Shown piece by piece: positions 10,050-22,840 of a stretch of 64,000 nt of DNA. Below the pieces are notes generated by a model. It was not told the origin of the DNA, made no database searches, and saw nothing but the letters and a program-made list of their open reading frames with translations. The position numbers and the translations under genes are program-made. This DNA is from Leidyana gryllorum EB-2025a (taxonomy: Eukaryota; Protista; Apicomplexa): assembly GCA_048772705.1 (NCBI GenBank), contig JBLWGC010000092.1, forward strand, positions 124,001 through 188,000, read 5' to 3'. Positions within the stretch are counted from its first letter, which is position 1, and each line of letters begins with the position of its first letter.

Positions 10050-11988
10050 TCAGACGACGCTGTACAGATCGTGGCTCGGCAATCCGTGACACGTTTCGTT
10101 CACGTAATGCATCATCAAATTGCCGAGCGGCTCGTATGGACTGAAGGCATATTTCTGAATCAAATATGGATTGATGGGGCGTTTGATAATCACTACTCGT
10201 ACCTGCTTCCTAGAACATGCGTCGTCAGTGAACTCCCTGAAGGCGTGGTAGCATGGTCCCTCTTGCCCTTGGAAGCACGGGAAAACAGGAGTCAAGAACT
10301 TGGGGAACTGGCCGGGTATGATCTCAATATTGGTAGGCTCAATCGCCTCGTTCGGGTTAACAAAAGCCCCTTTGGTCGGCGACTGGTACATGAGGTCTTC
10401 TTGGCAATCTTGAAGTCGGAAGAAATAGTAAATGGGCCCCGCTTTCTCCAAGATTGTCTCGACTTGACCGATGGTCGGCTTGTTTATGTTCCAGATGCAA
10501 GCTTCGCGACCTATCCACTCCAATAGGATGCCATCGAATATGGGATGGTTCATAATCACTTGAGTAATCAGAGACCAATTCGGGTTGTCGTAAGCTATCC
10601 CGTAAATCTTGTATCGCTCGCCATTCTTGCGATACGTCTTTCGCAGGGTCAGTATGGCTTCATAGTACGCCGCTTCTCGCTCAGTTTGCATTTCCGTGGT
10701 CATGGGAATGTAGATGCCAGTTGCGCGCATCGCCTCCGCACCATACAGACACTTCTCAACCACTTCTGCATTGGTGAATGGGTAACAGTACATCACAATC
10801 TCATCCGGCCATGTACGGTATGGACTTGGGGGTAGTGGTGGCGTGGCCAGAATCTCCTCGTCGGTGATATTGACTGGGGTATATTGGTGACGGTTCTTCA
10901 CCATTGAAACCATTCCTGTCAAAGGCGGTGGTGGCTCATCGAAATATGCTGCTGGCAAAACTCCAGCGTAACTCCGCGGAGGAGTGCCGCCCTCGCTGGA
11001 CTGGGCTGCTTGTATCCGCTTCAACCTGGCTTCAATGTCTTCTTGCATCTGCGCTTGATAATCTTGCCAAACACCCCAACGAGCAAGATTGACTGAGTCA
11101 TCTGCCTCCCCGTAATATACAGCTTCTTCCATGCCATCTTGCAGCAGAGCAGCAAGAGGATCAAGCACCGGTTTGGGGTACCCGATGTTATGCTCAATGG
11201 TAGCATTTGTGTGTTCCTTGCCAGCCGAAGCTGTAGTCTTGATATTGCTCACTTTGGAGGTGGTGTGTGGGGCCGATGAAACTGCAGTGGTGGAAGCGGT
11301 CGTGGTCGTGACTTTGGGTACCGACGAAGTTGACGACATTGCTAGTGGTGTTGCAGCTCTACTTTGTGAGACCACCAGAGCCGTGGAGGTGGAGACCGTC
11401 GATGTACTACTACTGGAACTATCACTATCCTCAGGAGCTGGCTGGACTTGGGGAACTGATTGAGTTGATGATGCCAACGGTGGTGGAGGTGTATAGTGCT
11501 CGGCGGGGGGTGGGAGAGGTTGAGCAAATGTGGTCGTGGTGTAGCCAGGGACGGATGGCGCTGGTTGGGCGATTGGGTTTTGGAGTATCGGTTGAGACGG
11601 AGCCACCAGCGGAACAAGAAGCTCTGGTTGTGTCGGCAAAGGGTAAACGAGAGGTGCCGATAATTGCGGAGTCGGCTGCGGTACCACACGCTGTTCGATC
11701 GGGCGTTGAGTGAGAACAGGGTGTTGAATGGGTGCTGACACGCGTTGTTGAGCCACCGGCTGAGAATATGAGGCGCTCATCTGCGAGGAGGGCGCTAAGT
11801 ACTGCGGAGAGTTGGGAAGACCGTTTGCAGGCTGCTGAGATATGAAACAAAGAAAATGACGGACTGGATACCTGGCTGTTTGCCTGTGGGGCTAAGGGGC
11901 CTCCCATGTACACATACGAAACCGTTCCAGGCGAAGGGTCAGCCGAGGCGTGCTGCCAGAGGGCTATCCATATGCCGGAGCGCCACAT
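10050..11988 (-). CDS. Hypothetical, possibly secreted protein: Pro/Gln/Thr-rich N-half plus aromatic/Cys-containing C-terminal domain; one intron near 11871-11835
   Basis: 576-aa ORF; upstream exon MWRSGIWIALWQHASA joins in frame via CAG|GTATCC..CTCAG. Confidence 0.75.
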
Positions 11989-12015
11989 GTCTCCCACCTA
12001 CACACGCGTGTGTTA

Positions 12016-14465
12016 TCACTCTTGATGTTCGTGATCATCAGGGAGCGCTCCCGGTGCGACTTTCCGTCTTGGCCAAACTAGAACTGCAGCTACCATTGTG
12101 AGCGGGAGGGCCGTCTGGGTTCGAATGTATCTGGAACGAGGTTTTGTGTGCTTACCGCCAAGAGAGGGTGGCCAGCCCACCAGTATTGCAACGCTTCTTT
12201 ATGAGACAGTTTCCAACGGGGCGCACATGGGTAATGGCTTCCGAAGTTTCGCACCACCCAGCTTTGAGCTATCGGTTTGCCCACGACAGTAGCGCATTGG
12301 AAGGGTAATGGGTACCACTGGGAATGTCGTATTGGTTGCCACATTCAAATCCTACCTCCTTGTCAGCCTCTGAGTTGTATGAGGCGCTCCCGAGGTCCAG
12401 ATGCAGCTTGGTCTTTCCACCTTGCACAAGGCGAGTGAAAGCACTGCCTAGGGCTCCGAGGGGTTGAGTGTGCAACCTGAGGTGCTGCACAAGGCGTGTG
12501 GAGTGTTCTTCCATGGGGGGAGTATCATCAGTTTCATACTCGTCGGCTTCCGCTAAATCTTCATTATCTCCTAATTGATCCGGCAGTGTAACTGCGGCAG
12601 GTGCTGTGGGCATTTCACTGTAAGAGTGCGTACCTGAATTGAGGTAATCCTCTGTCCCTCGGATGTCAGCTTTGCTCAAGCTTTTGATTGGATCTACTCT
12701 AAGAGAGCACAGGATGCTGCAGTGTACCCGAAAGATTGCATCTCAACGATGTGACAGGGTGTTGGGGCTTACCGAACATTCTCTTCTTTGCTCTTGCAGA
12801 GGAAAGGGAGATTCTCCTCGAAAACGGGCAATTCATTGTTGCGGACAATATTGACCAGTGCTTCAGCCAGTTCGCGGTGCGCGACTGCAGCTGGGGTTTC
12901 CAACAGGTCCTCTGGTTCTTCGGACACTCGAAGGTCGATCTTATCCAATTGCCAGTGGCTGGAGGGGAGTTGTACGATTGAAAGAGTGTTGTTGCCCGCT
13001 GCGTCAGGGGCCAGGATTAAGCCTTTGGTAGCCTTGGGGAGGTCGCCCAAATAGTCGCTGAGCGTTTCGACGAGATCTGGTGTATCGATATAGATCCAAT
13101 CGAATAGAGAGGCAGTTCGCAGTGCCATGGCCTTATGGAGGGTGGAGGGAGCGCGTCCACTAGTGAGGACGACGTAAAGGCGTCCATCTGGGGCATTAGG
13201 AGTGTTCAAAAGCAACGACTTGAGGTCATGAGCAGAGCCGGTCCATTTTCTGAGTACATCTGGCACTCCCTCTTGCAGCCAAGAGACGAGATGGCGTGGT
13301 TGAAAGTGTAGCATCTTATCATAGACATTGGGAACTCCGCCGGGGGTTAAGGTCATAATCGCAGGAGTGATTCGCAATTTAACGGGCAGCAGTTTGTCAG
13401 CCAGCGGATCAGTGGCATCAACTCGCATGAAGGAGATTCTGCCGTAGAAGCGAGCTGCTAACTCAGTCCAGAGCGGTATCAGATTTTCCGTCCACTCGGA
13501 TCTCGGATCTGCTATGAGGAAAGTCCAGACTCCAGATATGTCGGGAGGTGTCCAGAGCTGACGGTGGTCGAGAGAGGGAGCCACAATGCTCTCCCAGGCA
13601 GGCCGAGTCAGCAGATACTCAGTGGCTTGGAGGTTGCTGAAAAAGGCATGGGAGGACCCACTGGTGACCTTTTGGGTTTGGTCATACAGGCTTCGCCGCT
13701 TGTCATCGGCCAGTAGCTTATAAGCCTCATTGATGTGCTGAAGTGTCGTGGATGGCAAACAAGCTGATTGTTATTCAGACACTCACCCTGAACTTTTGAT
13801 GACACTCTTCGTCACAGCCTTGTTCCCTCTTGTCGGGATGCCATTCCAGACTCAGTTTGCGATGAGCGCGTCGTATATCAGCTCGTGTGGCTGTCCGAGG
13901 CACATCCAACAGCTCATACGGGTCCACTTCGAGCGTGTGTGTGGAGGTGATCATCGAATGGTACTGGTCTTCGCCGGATTTCAAAGCAAAAAGGACAACG
14001 ATCAACAGCACAATCGCCAGGATTCGGAAGGGAGCCTTCCTCATTGTGTTGAGAAGAGCTTTGGTGAATACCATTTTCTCTTCGGCTCCCACATCTGTTT
14101 GAGTGCTGCTGCGGAAGGAGTTGAGAATCTGGTCAATATCCTCGTCTTGATGACGTCGCTGTTGAGCTGGTTGCTTCTTGGTTTGTTTAGGCGAAGCGAC
14201 TTTGGCCCCTTTGGGAGGCGGCTGAGAGGAAGCTTTGGAACCCGCGCCAAAAGAGCGGTCAGCAGCTACCTTCAGGGCCTCTTTGAATGCCTGTAACACA
14301 TAAGTTTGAGGGTGGAGGATCAACCATCACCTGGTCACTGGCCCGAGTGGGTTCAGTTCCAGCATTCTCTGGCACTATTGCGGCCTTAACATCGTCCAGG
14401 TTAGAGAATGCCTTCTCTTTCCCATCGAAAGACCCGTGTTTCGCCGCGCCACGTTTGCGGGGCAT
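12016..14465 (-). CDS. ER-type DnaJ protein (TM, J domain, thioredoxin-like folds, C-terminal TM; DNAJC16-like), multi-exon
   Basis: DPYELLDV..LSLEWHPDK..INEAYKLLADDKRRSLYD; W..LIPLWTELAARFYGRISFMRVD thioredoxin-like segment; downstream exons join in frame to ..DDHEHQE*. Confidence 0.8.
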
Positions 14466-14495
14466 GAAGACTATGTAAAATTAGTGCTATGGTTT

Positions 14496-16241
14496 CTAAG
14501 CAAGTAGCGTTTCTACAGCATCTTTGGGCTACAATCGTTCGAAGACACAGAGTCAATGCTCGCGGGGCGACGCCACTTACCTCCAACACTCTCAAATCTT
14601 CGTAGGTCTGGCCAGTGCCAACGAAAAATATGGGTCGTTCACTCTGATATGCCAGTGAAATGGCTGCTCCGATCTGTTATATGGAGTCTTACATCCGAAG
14701 CGAACCCGGGACGTTGGTCCTACCTTGTCATCCACACAGTCAAATTTGCTCAGAATAATACCGTCAACTCCCCGTAGTCTGCCTCGCCCAGCTGTACCCA
14801 CACGCACTGCTTGGTCGAACTTTTGCAGCTGATCCAAGCCATCATTCCCGACCAATGCCTCTCCGACGAAAAGTAAAAGGTCGGGGCTGCAGAGTGCCAC
14901 GAGTTTGCCCAAAGCATCCATCAAAGGGGCGTTGTCCTGTGGCAGCGTGCTCGTTACTGGGAAGCTACGTGGGCAGGTGGGAACTAACCTGCATCCGTCC
15001 CGCTGTGTCTATGAGCACCACATCGATGCCGTCCTCTTTGGCTTGCCTCAACGCGCCTTGGGCTACAATATGCGGCTCCAAGCCATACCCTCGGTCGTAA
15101 AGAGTCATGCCAAGATTGGCCGAATGTCGCCGTAGTTGCTCGACGGCACCCGAACGGAAAGTATCGCAGGCTGCGATCATTACCGAACACTTCATCGAAC
15201 GTCGCATAAAGTGAGCGAGTTTCGCAAGGGTCGTAGACTTTCCTACACCGTTTACCCCCTGACAAGGTTTGCTTTCGAGTTTGTCAGTGACCCACCATAA
15301 CGACAATACTGAACACCCTATCAGCGGTCTTGGCGGCTGCAATCTCAGACATTAGATTTCGAACCCTGTGTGTGTTTCATTTCGGAATTCCCAGACATCC
15401 AGTGTGAGAAAGAGAGCGTCATACCGTTCAGGCGTTAAGATTCTTTGAAGGACCTTTTCGAATCCTCGGTAAACAACCCGCTTGCTGAGTTGCTGATCTG
15501 TAGGGATATCTTTGCAGACAGCGTCAGCAATGGCACGAGCCGCGCCCACGGCAACGTTCTTAGCTTCGAGCTTCCAGACAATCTCGGCAATCATCTCATT
15601 ATAACTTGAGTACAAGGCACTGTCTGGGTCAGGCCATAGGTTGCGGTTTAGCCATTTGAACAATCGGAATATGAAGGAAGCTACGATCAGTCGCGCGTTA
15701 AAGGTGTCCATCCACCCAAACTTACGCGGCGGATCGGGTTTCTTGCGAGCTTTATCTATTGCTTCCTGCTTCAGCCGTTGCTTGCACTCCCGCTCATGCT
15801 GCATTTTGGATTTCCTGAGTGGGGTCCGTTCGGACGGGTCCAAAACTTACCCGCTGGAAGGCAAGAATCCAGTCGGGGGAGAGCTCGAAGGGTGATAGGG
15901 GGTCCCGGACGGTGTACTGGTGCAGCAACCACGTGAGCACAGCCAGAACCTGTGTGGCATCCACCATGGCCACAGCATTCGGTTTGATGGCCGCCATGCC
16001 AACGAGCCCTCCTTCTTTGACAAAGTACACTCCAGGAGCTTCCTCATGAAGACCCTGGGTTGCAGGAAAGGGATGACGAGGGGGGAGGGGGGTGCTGACG
16101 CCTTACTGCAGTTAGGGTTCCGCCTCTATCGAGAGCGGGACTCCAGTAGTCGTAGATATCGTCTTGAGGCTCATACTGCCATAAAACTACGCCTCCGCTG
16201 GTGGCGATTAGGAAGGACTTGAAGGCATCGGCGATGGTCAT
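14496..16241 (-). CDS. SRPRA: Signal recognition particle receptor alpha subunit, multi-exon
   Basis: Longin-like start (FLIATSGGVVLW), GVNGVGKSTTLAK, IAACDTFRSGAVEQL, DTAGRMQ, FVGEALVGND, LSKFDCVDDK, GTGQTYEDL. Confidence 0.93.
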
Positions 16242-17248
16242 AACATTTTCGGGGCGTTTTCGCCTGATTGCGAAGTGTCTTCATTCTCGAAAGGTAGTAG
16301 GGATGACATCTTCTCCAAGAAGGCCAAATCGTGGATCGAGAGACGGCGATTGCTGGGCTCGTCAAGGAGCATTCGCCGGGTGTCACGAGTCTTGGACATG
16401 ACAGACACCTGAATTCGGTATTGGAGGTAGAAGCTTGTCAGAAGCTTAGCAGCACTCATTTGGTGCTTGCGTGCCAAGAGATCGAGGCATTCGCCAATCA
16501 AACTGTCTTCGAGACGTGTGGCTACGTCCACATCGATGCACGTCTGAATTTGGATGCGCATATTGCGACAAAAGGTCGCTAAGCGTCTCTCGTATGACAG
16601 CGGGTCAACTTTGGTCAGAAGTACCTACAGGGGGGAGCAGAGATCAATGTTCCGACTGGGGACTATCTCACAAGAGGCATCATGGTGAAACTCGAAGAGT
16701 TCTGATAGAGGCTCTCTATGCTGCTGAAGGGCCAGTAGGCCAGGCCAATGGCTTTAAGCACACATCGGGGTCTTTTGGGAGCGTTGTACAACCGAGTCGT
16801 TGCGTGCCAGACTTCCAGCTGGCGACCTGTTGTGAGCGGAGGACGCACTACGAGAATGATATGTGCTACGATGCTGGGACGGTCATATACTCCCATGAAC
16901 TGGAGAGCCCTTTCATATAGTGGAGCCACATCACGACCCGTCTCAGGCTTTATGATCAGGGTGATGCAGATGTGAGTCTCCGGCTGGCGACGCAGGTCCG
17001 CAGCCTCGGACAGCGCGAGCAGTACGTCCCTATGGGTCTGTTCGACGACATTTTTCTACCACACAATAGCAACTTCTACGCAGTACCTCTTCAACGACGA
17101 AGTGTACATATCCATCTTTCCATGCCTCCAGTATGAGCGCCCGGCAATCAGATCCGCACTGCGAGGTGAGGTCTAAACCAATCCATGGCACAGCTGCTCC
17201 ATTGGCCAGCTGATAGGCCGGTACAGCACCCACTATGGTGCTGGGCAT
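16238..17248 (-). CDS. Degenerate aldo-keto reductase-fold protein (probable pseudoenzyme); about 2 introns
   Basis: VPAYQLANGAAVPWIGL..GYVHF, LKAIGLAYW, RLATFCRNMRIQI, LARKHQMSAAKLL, LSIHDLAFLEKM follow the AKR motif order. Confidence 0.7.
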
Positions 17249-17301
17249 TCTTTGTATGTCCCACGTACCTCGAGGTCCCGGCAACTTTTTTTTGGGCCTG
17301 A

Positions 17302-20300
17302 ATGACCAGTTTGATAGAGCTAGTGGCTGTATACTGGGAATACTATAGAAATTCAGGGGAGGTGGCAATAAAGCGTACTGAAGCGGTCTCGGGCGTCCTC
17401 AATGTATTGACAGAACAGTCTCCATCAGACGCCCTCCCACTCCTCGTAGAAGGGATACTCAAGACCTCCTTCCAAGCTCCAGCCGCACTGCAGAGAAGGG
17501 GAACCACGGAATTCCTTCTAGATCTCTTTAAGACCACCGAGAAAGGTTTTTTCAGCCAACTCATCTATGCCAATCCCACAGCTTTCATTGACTTGGTGCA
17601 GATCATCGCCAAGCAAACCAGCGATTGGCACTGTGTCGCCACCACCCTGCTGCCTCTAATTACCTTATTGCTGGAGTTATTACCCGACGCTCTAACATCT
17701 CATACCGTCACCCCGCCGGAATATCTCCTCGATCCAAATGGCCAGTCATTATCCTATCGCACACGCCCTGTCGGTGCCACTCAAGAGGAACCCGAGATGA
17801 TCGATTTCTCTGCGGACGCTGCGGTGTTGTCCAAGAACACTACCACGGCCTCGCCTCACCACAAACCGGAAGCTTTTGTGCTGAACGACCCGCCCACCGT
17901 TCCTCTGGCTATCCTCCTGATATCGGCGCCCCTCATATATGTATTCGGTCCCAACTTTGCCGACTCTGTCAGGACCTCACTCTACGACTTTCTACAAGTC
18001 GCCATCAATAATTACCCAGATGGTAAGCTACCATTCGCAACATAGGGGGTGTCGTATGTGTGTGCGTGCGTTCGTTCGTTCAATCATCACCGACATACTG
18101 TGGTGACATGGAGATAAGCAGGCTGCACAGCAAGTCGCCGACAACCAGTAGCTGGCAGCTAGGTTCCCGGCTCCGGTAGAACCTTCGTTCACGTTCATCG
18201 CATATATGTATTTGCACACACGCGAGTATACACGCACATTCATTCTTTTCGATTGCAGCGATACGGGATGTCATTGGCCCTCGGTTTGTATCGGAGGCTC
18301 TCTACCAGATGGTAGACGAGCAGCGGCCGGTAGAATTGTTGCAATGTTTCAAGTTGATAGTGACTATTCGTAAGAGCATTCCATCGTGCTTCATTGAGGA
18401 GTCTCCGGAGGCGGCATTCCCCAAGATTCCTCTGACGAGAGACTCGTCCGCCAGCAGAAGTAGTGATAAGAGCAAGAATGACAAAGAGCAGGAGAACACT
18501 GCTCCCGAACTGCAACTGGTCGAGTGGCACCACCGCGACCTATATTCTGCTTTCCTGACGGCCTATATTGGCATTCTGGATCGCATATTGAATCAAGCAG
18601 GGCCTGATTGTCAGCTAAAGACCCATTTGATATTGGGACTCGGGGACGCAGCCCTTTCCTGGGAAACGCGGTTGCTCCCAGCCTTCTTTGAGAAGTGTTT
18701 GGACGAGATCGTGAATGAGAAGATCTCGACGGATTTGATTGTTCGGTTGCTGTTGTACACTGTCAGCAGAGCGAGTCCTCTGGCACTGCGATATTTGCTG
18801 ATTCCGGTGATAGAATTGGCCAAAATCGTCATGTGGACCAATCAGCGCGCCGATGGGTTGGAGGAGTGTCTACAAGTCCTGTTGGTGGCAGTGATTGGGC
18901 GGTCGTTGGAGGATTCCAATAAGGTGTGGCGGAACGCAGTGGGAGAGTTTGACGGACTCGACCAATTGAGTACATTGGACTTCCACCAGGAATTGCCTTC
19001 AAGCGAGCAAGGGGCCTTTGATGATTTGATAGCTGCAATTGTTAATCTTTTGACCCTTCTGATCCCACCCAAGGCTTCCCGTACGACAACGCTGCCCCAT
19101 CACAACAGCACTCCTTTCATCGCGAGCTCTTGGCTGTTACGGACAGTAGCCATGTCGTCATTGGCGGGAGCTGCGATAGCCTGGAGTGTGTTTATCGGCC
19201 CGTTGGCGACGGTGTTGGATAAGGATATGGGTAATCTCCAGGCCGGGCCGGCTGCTGCGGCTGTTCGGGCGAATCTGATGAAGGATATTCTCAGATACTT
19301 TTGTCTGTATGTATGCCGTTGGCTGCCGAAAGTGAAGGATGAGCAACACTTCCGGCATTGGATCACGACAGTAATCCGTGAAGAGCAACTGAGTCCCATT
19401 CTGAGCAGGCTGGAGGACGAGTCGGCAGACATGGGGGCTGTGGGAGAGGAGCGATTGAGAAACACTTTACAACAGATCAAAGCTCTCTGTAATGTGATAC
19501 ATTGTCTGGGAGAGTCGGCCAACCTGCAAGCCACAGTGGTCCACACGCAGTTTGATCTCAACTTGACGTGTGCTGTTGTCAGTACCTACGATTCCGACAC
19601 CGTTCACAACTGGATTGAGGGTTTTTTGGTCGGAGGGTGTGTGAGTGAAGCTGAGAAGCGGGCCATTCTGAGCTGTCCGGAGTTACTTGAGCCTTTACTG
19701 AACTCCGTTCTGAAGAACTGGGAGCAGGGCGCTGAAGTATTTTTGTCAACGGGAGATCAGAGTCCCGTTCTGAATGTGGCCTTCGATGCTGCAATCTTAG
19801 CATCCGAGTTGCGCAAGGTTCCTGACGACTTCCCTTCCATGGACGCCCTCACTATGCCTCTGCAACCGTGGTTCCGTCAGTGCGCGCAGCTGTACAAAAG
19901 GAGTGTCGAGGGGGACAGTGAGGAGTCTTTCATCCGTCAATACATCCCCCGTTTGGCAAAACGCCTGGCCGCTACTCATGACGAGAAGGCGCTCGCTCCT
20001 TTGATGACCAGACTGAGCCGTGTTGAGCCGGAGATATGTTTGGAACTGGCCGAGGCGACACTATTGGAATCGAAATGTGTCAAATCCCTCGATCTGCTCC
20101 CCACCAATGTGATCACCAAAGTCCTCGAGAATCCTGAGATTGCGGAAATGTTGTTACACAAAGAGTCGTTGCGTGGACTCATGTCCCAAGGGCCATCGTT
20201 ATCCCCCACAGTGTTTCTCGGTTTGCTAAGACCTCGAAGGGAAGAGATATCTCACTTTGCTACTCACTACGTACAACAAGCGCCGGATTACCTCAAATCC

Positions 20301-21135
20301 AACATTAGAGACCATCAGTTCATTCGGCTTCTGGCTCTGCTGACCTTGTGGGCTGAAGACAACTTGAAAGAAGCCACGACCGCGTGCCAGTCCCTCGACA
20401 CCGGAATCAAGTGTCGGTTGCTGTCTTTGGCAGCTGTCGGGTCGTACACCTTCACTGTTGCTGGTAACAACTTGAAGTTGATGGCTGACGACGAGGCTCG
20501 CGTTGTAGTGGAGCTGCAGCCTGGACTGGATAAGCTGCCCCAAGCCTTGGGTATGAAGGCAGATGGTACGGGACTCGCTGAGGGGGAATCAGTGGAGTGG
20601 CTGCAATCCTTGTGGATTCTGGGAAAGGAAGAGAAACAATTGACAGAAGATTTTGTGCATGAAGGCAGTGACTCGTGTTTGCGCATCTGTGTGTACGCGG
20701 AGACACTGAAGAGACAGAAGGACTGCCACGTGATTCTGCATTTGTTGTGTCAGATCGCCGAGTGGATCAGTGGTACGGTGTTGACAGAGTACCAACTGCT
20801 GATAATGGTCCATTTGATGTGTGAGGGTTTGAATATGGCTTCAAAAGCTGAGAGAAGTGAGGGTGACGAAGAATGTGCGCGACAAAGTCATCTTCAAAGC
20901 ATACTACTGCCAGCTGTGTCAAAGGTGAGGAAGTGTCTGTTTTTCTCTCGTTCTCTTTCCAACCAGCTTTTCTTTTCTGTAGTTATGTTACGCAAGCAAA
21001 TTGTTCGTTGAAGCGAACTCGCGTGCCGTACGGGCCTTGGGATCTCTATATTCCGTGGCCTGCCATACCTTGGATGCGGAGCTGAAAAGCGAGCTGCAGA
21101 ATATGTTGCGCAGGACCACAGCTTACGTCGAATGA
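17302..21135 (+). CDS. MMS19: MMS19/MET18-like HEAT-repeat cytosolic Fe-S targeting factor; introns from 18022 and at about 20924-20981
   Basis: LIELVAVYWEY..RTEAVSGVLNVL, SDWHCV, GPRFVSEALYQMVDEQRPVELLQCFKLI (cf. GxDFxFGFIQxMDGEKDPRNLLVAF), LLPAFFEKCLDE. Confidence 0.65.
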
Positions 21136-21142
21136 ATAAAAG

Positions 21143-21649
21143 TTAGGCAACCGAAGGTCTTTTTGGTCTTTGCACGAACCGATAGGCAGCGGCCACGAAA
21201 GCTTGATTGATTTCGGGAGTATCGAAGCAGAAAACGATGCAGCTAGAATCCGCGGCCGAATACAAGGCAGAGCAACAAGCGTCCAGCTTAGCCTCAGTCT
21301 TGATCTTTGTCAGCTCTTCCGGCTGACTCAGCACACGATCGATTGCACTGAACGGTATCTCCTTCACCAGATCGAACTTGGACAGCTTGACCACCTTCGC
21401 CTCCACATCAACACGCAAGTCGCATTGAATTCCTAGGCCATTTGCCAGTAATATAAGTACTTCGAACCCTTCCTGGGCGCGCCGCATGAACTGTCCGACA
21501 GCGGCTTCACTTAATGGTTGTTGATCACCCCGGCGAGAGGATCCACGACTCGATTGCACGCGCCCATGAGGTGGCAAGGGTTGAATTGATATTGTTGCCA
21601 GCTCAGTATGGGCGTCATTGCTCTCGTGTGTTGAGCAGCACCCCCCCAT
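21143..21649 (-). CDS. IMC sub-compartment protein (ISP family), PH-like fold, N-terminal myristoylation/palmitoylation signal
   Basis: MGGCC start; EGFEVLILLANG..C, IPFSAIDRVL..ELTKIKTEAKL..CSAL..CIVFCF match the ISP pattern. Confidence 0.85.
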   Translation of the reverse strand: MGGCCSTHESNDAHTELATISIQPLPPHGRVQSSRGSSRRGDQQPLSEAAVGQFMRRAQEGFEVLILLANGLGIQCDLRVDVEAKVVKLSKFDLVKEIPFSAIDRVLSQPEELTKIKTEAKLDACCSALYSAADSSCIVFCFDTPEINQAFVAAAYRFVQRPKRPSVA

Positions 21650-21677
21650 CACGCCTAACGAAAAAACTCCACCAAAA

Positions 21678-22713
21678 ATGGCCCATAGACTGCTCAAGGA
21701 ATATACAGCGTTGCTCCGCTCACATCCGCCCCCTCACGGTATCAAATGTGCACCAGACCCGAACTCCAGCCTAAAATGGCATTTTGTCTTGTACGCAAAC
21801 ACCACGCGCGGAACACACTCACTACTGTAGCGACGATTTTCCTCCCGAGTCACCCTATCATGAAGGAGTCTACCACGGCATATTGGTTAGTGCGTGCCTA
21901 GTCTGTCTATTTGATAATCCGTCTCTCTCCAATATATATCTGGCTGGCCATTATCGCCCATTGAATTGCTGCAGACGTACCCATCTGATTATCCCTTCAA
22001 GCCTCCCAACATCAAGATGTTCACACCCAGTGGGCGCTTCGCCATCAACACCTCTCTCTGCTTCTCAATGAGCGATTTCCACCCCGAGACGTGGCAGCCA
22101 GCTTGGCGTCTCGAAACGATACTCATTGCGCTTTACTCCTTCTTCAGAGGTACACTCAGGAGACATCGGCTGCTGATCATCACTTCTCGCAGATGAAGCG
22201 GATCCAGCGACAGCTGGTTCCATCAAGACTCCCGTTTCCGAGCGGAGATTATTGGCACGCGCGTGAGGCTCTCCCCCGATCACCCACACATCAGCTAGCG
22301 AACTCCTTCCCCTTCAGATCCTTGGGCCACAACTGGCAGTCTCCCGTCTTCCGTCAGCTCTTTCCGGATTTTGACCCGGCGAAACGGTCAGGCAAAGTGG
22401 CCGCTCCCAGTGCTCCACCACCCTCTCAAGAGACCAGTGCCGCCCAATCTTCTGCTCCCAGTCGGCCAGCGGTCTCATTAGGTCAGTGATACCATGTCGA
22501 TGCAGCTCTTTCTTCCAGTTAGGGGGTGGGTAACAATATCATCGGGGCTATGGGCCATGGTGGCGATTTTTCTCTGTCTATGGTCCTCCCGGCTCTTCTC
22601 AGGGGGGTTGGGGAGCTGACACCACCAGTCTCTGCTTCCATACAGAAGCTCCGTCCCTGGCTGGAAGCCCTCAGCTCACCCAATGTAAAAAGACTCGTAC
22701 GTACAGTGCGTGA
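21678..22713 (+). CDS. UBE2J2: Ubiquitin-conjugating enzyme E2 J2/Ubc6 with C-terminal TM, multi-exon
   Basis: HRLLKEY, WHFVL, SPYHEGVYHG, YPFKPPNIKMFTPSGRF..LCFSMSDFHPETWQPAW; TM WAMVAIFLCLW. Confidence 0.9.
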
Positions 22714-22840
22714 GGAAGGAACTGGACGACTGTGTGAACAACCCACCGGCTTCCTGGAGCTCGAGGGTAAACTAATCTCACCGCCTCCGACGCGCCCCGC
22801 TACAAAGAACACCATATACACCTTCTGGTCTCATCTCAAA

